From Pseudomonadota bacterium (GTDB lineage: Bacteria > Bdellovibrionota > FAC87 > UBA2466): a stretch of DNA of 27,185 nucleotides. Position numbers and translations under genes: made by a program. Shown in pieces: positions 26,519 through 27,185 of the stretch (positions are counted from its first letter, which is position 1; the number at the start of each line of letters is the position of its first letter). The stretch spans positions 1 to 27,185 of the forward strand of contig JAYUGC010000125.1 in NCBI GenBank assembly GCA_043767805.1, written 5' to 3'. The notes beneath the pieces were generated by a model. That model saw only the letters and a program-made list of their open reading frames with translations. It searched no databases and was not told the DNA's origin.

Positions 26519-26561
26519 CGAGCCGCGTACCCAATATCGGGTGCGCGGCTCGTCCCCTTTT
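26519..26561 (+). terminator. strong hairpin, probable terminator
   Basis: CGAGCCGCGTACCC-AATATC-GGGTGCGCGGCTCG followed by TCCCCTTTT (displaced U-tract). Confidence 0.55.
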
Positions 26562-26648
26562 AGGGCCTTCCTCGAGGAAGGTTCGTTTGGCCCGGCGCGC
26601 TCCCCTCATCCAGTTGTCTTTGTGAGTTGGGTCGGGGAAAACGGCGGC

Positions 26649-27122
26649 ATGACGAAACTGTTTAGAAATATCGACGATAAGGCTTTGGCGGCGGCGCTGG
26701 TGTATCGCCAGAACGAGGCGGATCTGCTCGGCTGCATCCGGGACGTGAATGAGGGCCGGGTGTTCGAGAAGCTGGGGTACCCGAGTCTCTATGTGTACTG
26801 CACGGAGCGGCTGCTCCTTTCGGACTCCGTTACGTACGCGTTTATCAGTGTCGCGCGAAAGTCCGTGCTGGTTCCGGCGTTGAGCGAGGCCGTAGCAGAA
26901 GGGAAGATCAACGTCTCCCAGGCTAAGCGCATCGTTTCGGTGGTGAAGCCGGCTAATGCCGAGAAGTGGATCGAAAAAGCGGCGACTTCCAAACAGCGCG
27001 AGCTCGAGCAGGCCGTGGCGGCGGAGCTGCCGGCGCCTGAGGCGGGCAGTCGCGTGCGCTCGGTCGGCGGCGGGATGTCCGAGATGAAACGTAAATCGTC
27101 GACCTGCCCCGCATGCCGTTAA
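26649..27122 (+). pseudogene. N-terminal part of a DUF222-like/HNH endonuclease gene, apparently truncated
   Basis: EADLL..I.......F.KLGYPSL..YC...L.LS....Y..I.VARK....P.L...V.EGKI..SQA resembles the N-terminus of DUF222-HNH proteins. No HNH domain occurs before the stop. Confidence 0.6.
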
Positions 27123-27185
27123 TGAGTGGTGAGGGATGCCGGGGTGTAGGGGGCTTTGCCTTGGTGGATATCTTCGGTGAGCTGT

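Overview
GC-rich bacterial chromosome segment whose gene content suggests a deltaproteobacterial/Bdellovibrionota-like organism (inference). In order it carries a 6S RNA with its own sigma70 promoter, a stand-alone PhaR-type regulator, a complete pilMNOPQ type IV pilus operon, an RDD protein, ssb, hemW, an M16 peptidase, a histone-deacetylase-family protein, rfbC, DUF72, an astacin protease, a class II DnaJ, DUF962, a catalytically degenerate S9 peptidase homologue, an SH3 plus beta-barrel protein, an RlmD-type methyltransferase, a stand-alone CoaC-like flavoprotein, an ArsC/Spx protein, several orphan ORFs and a truncated DUF222/HNH-type gene. The strongest unexplained signal is non-coding: a ~270-nt minus-strand unit at 21546-21819. 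It has a canonical sigma54 promoter, a strand-specific terminator, no ATG/GTG start, and a long-range stem enclosing a large A/C-rich loop packed with CAAC/GACAC repeats, making it a candidate new protein-sponge sRNA. A GGA-rich structured leader precedes the PhaR-type gene, and several genes look leaderless, including a divergent pair whose start codons overlap in one CATG. All family calls come from motif recognition by eye; no searches were run.
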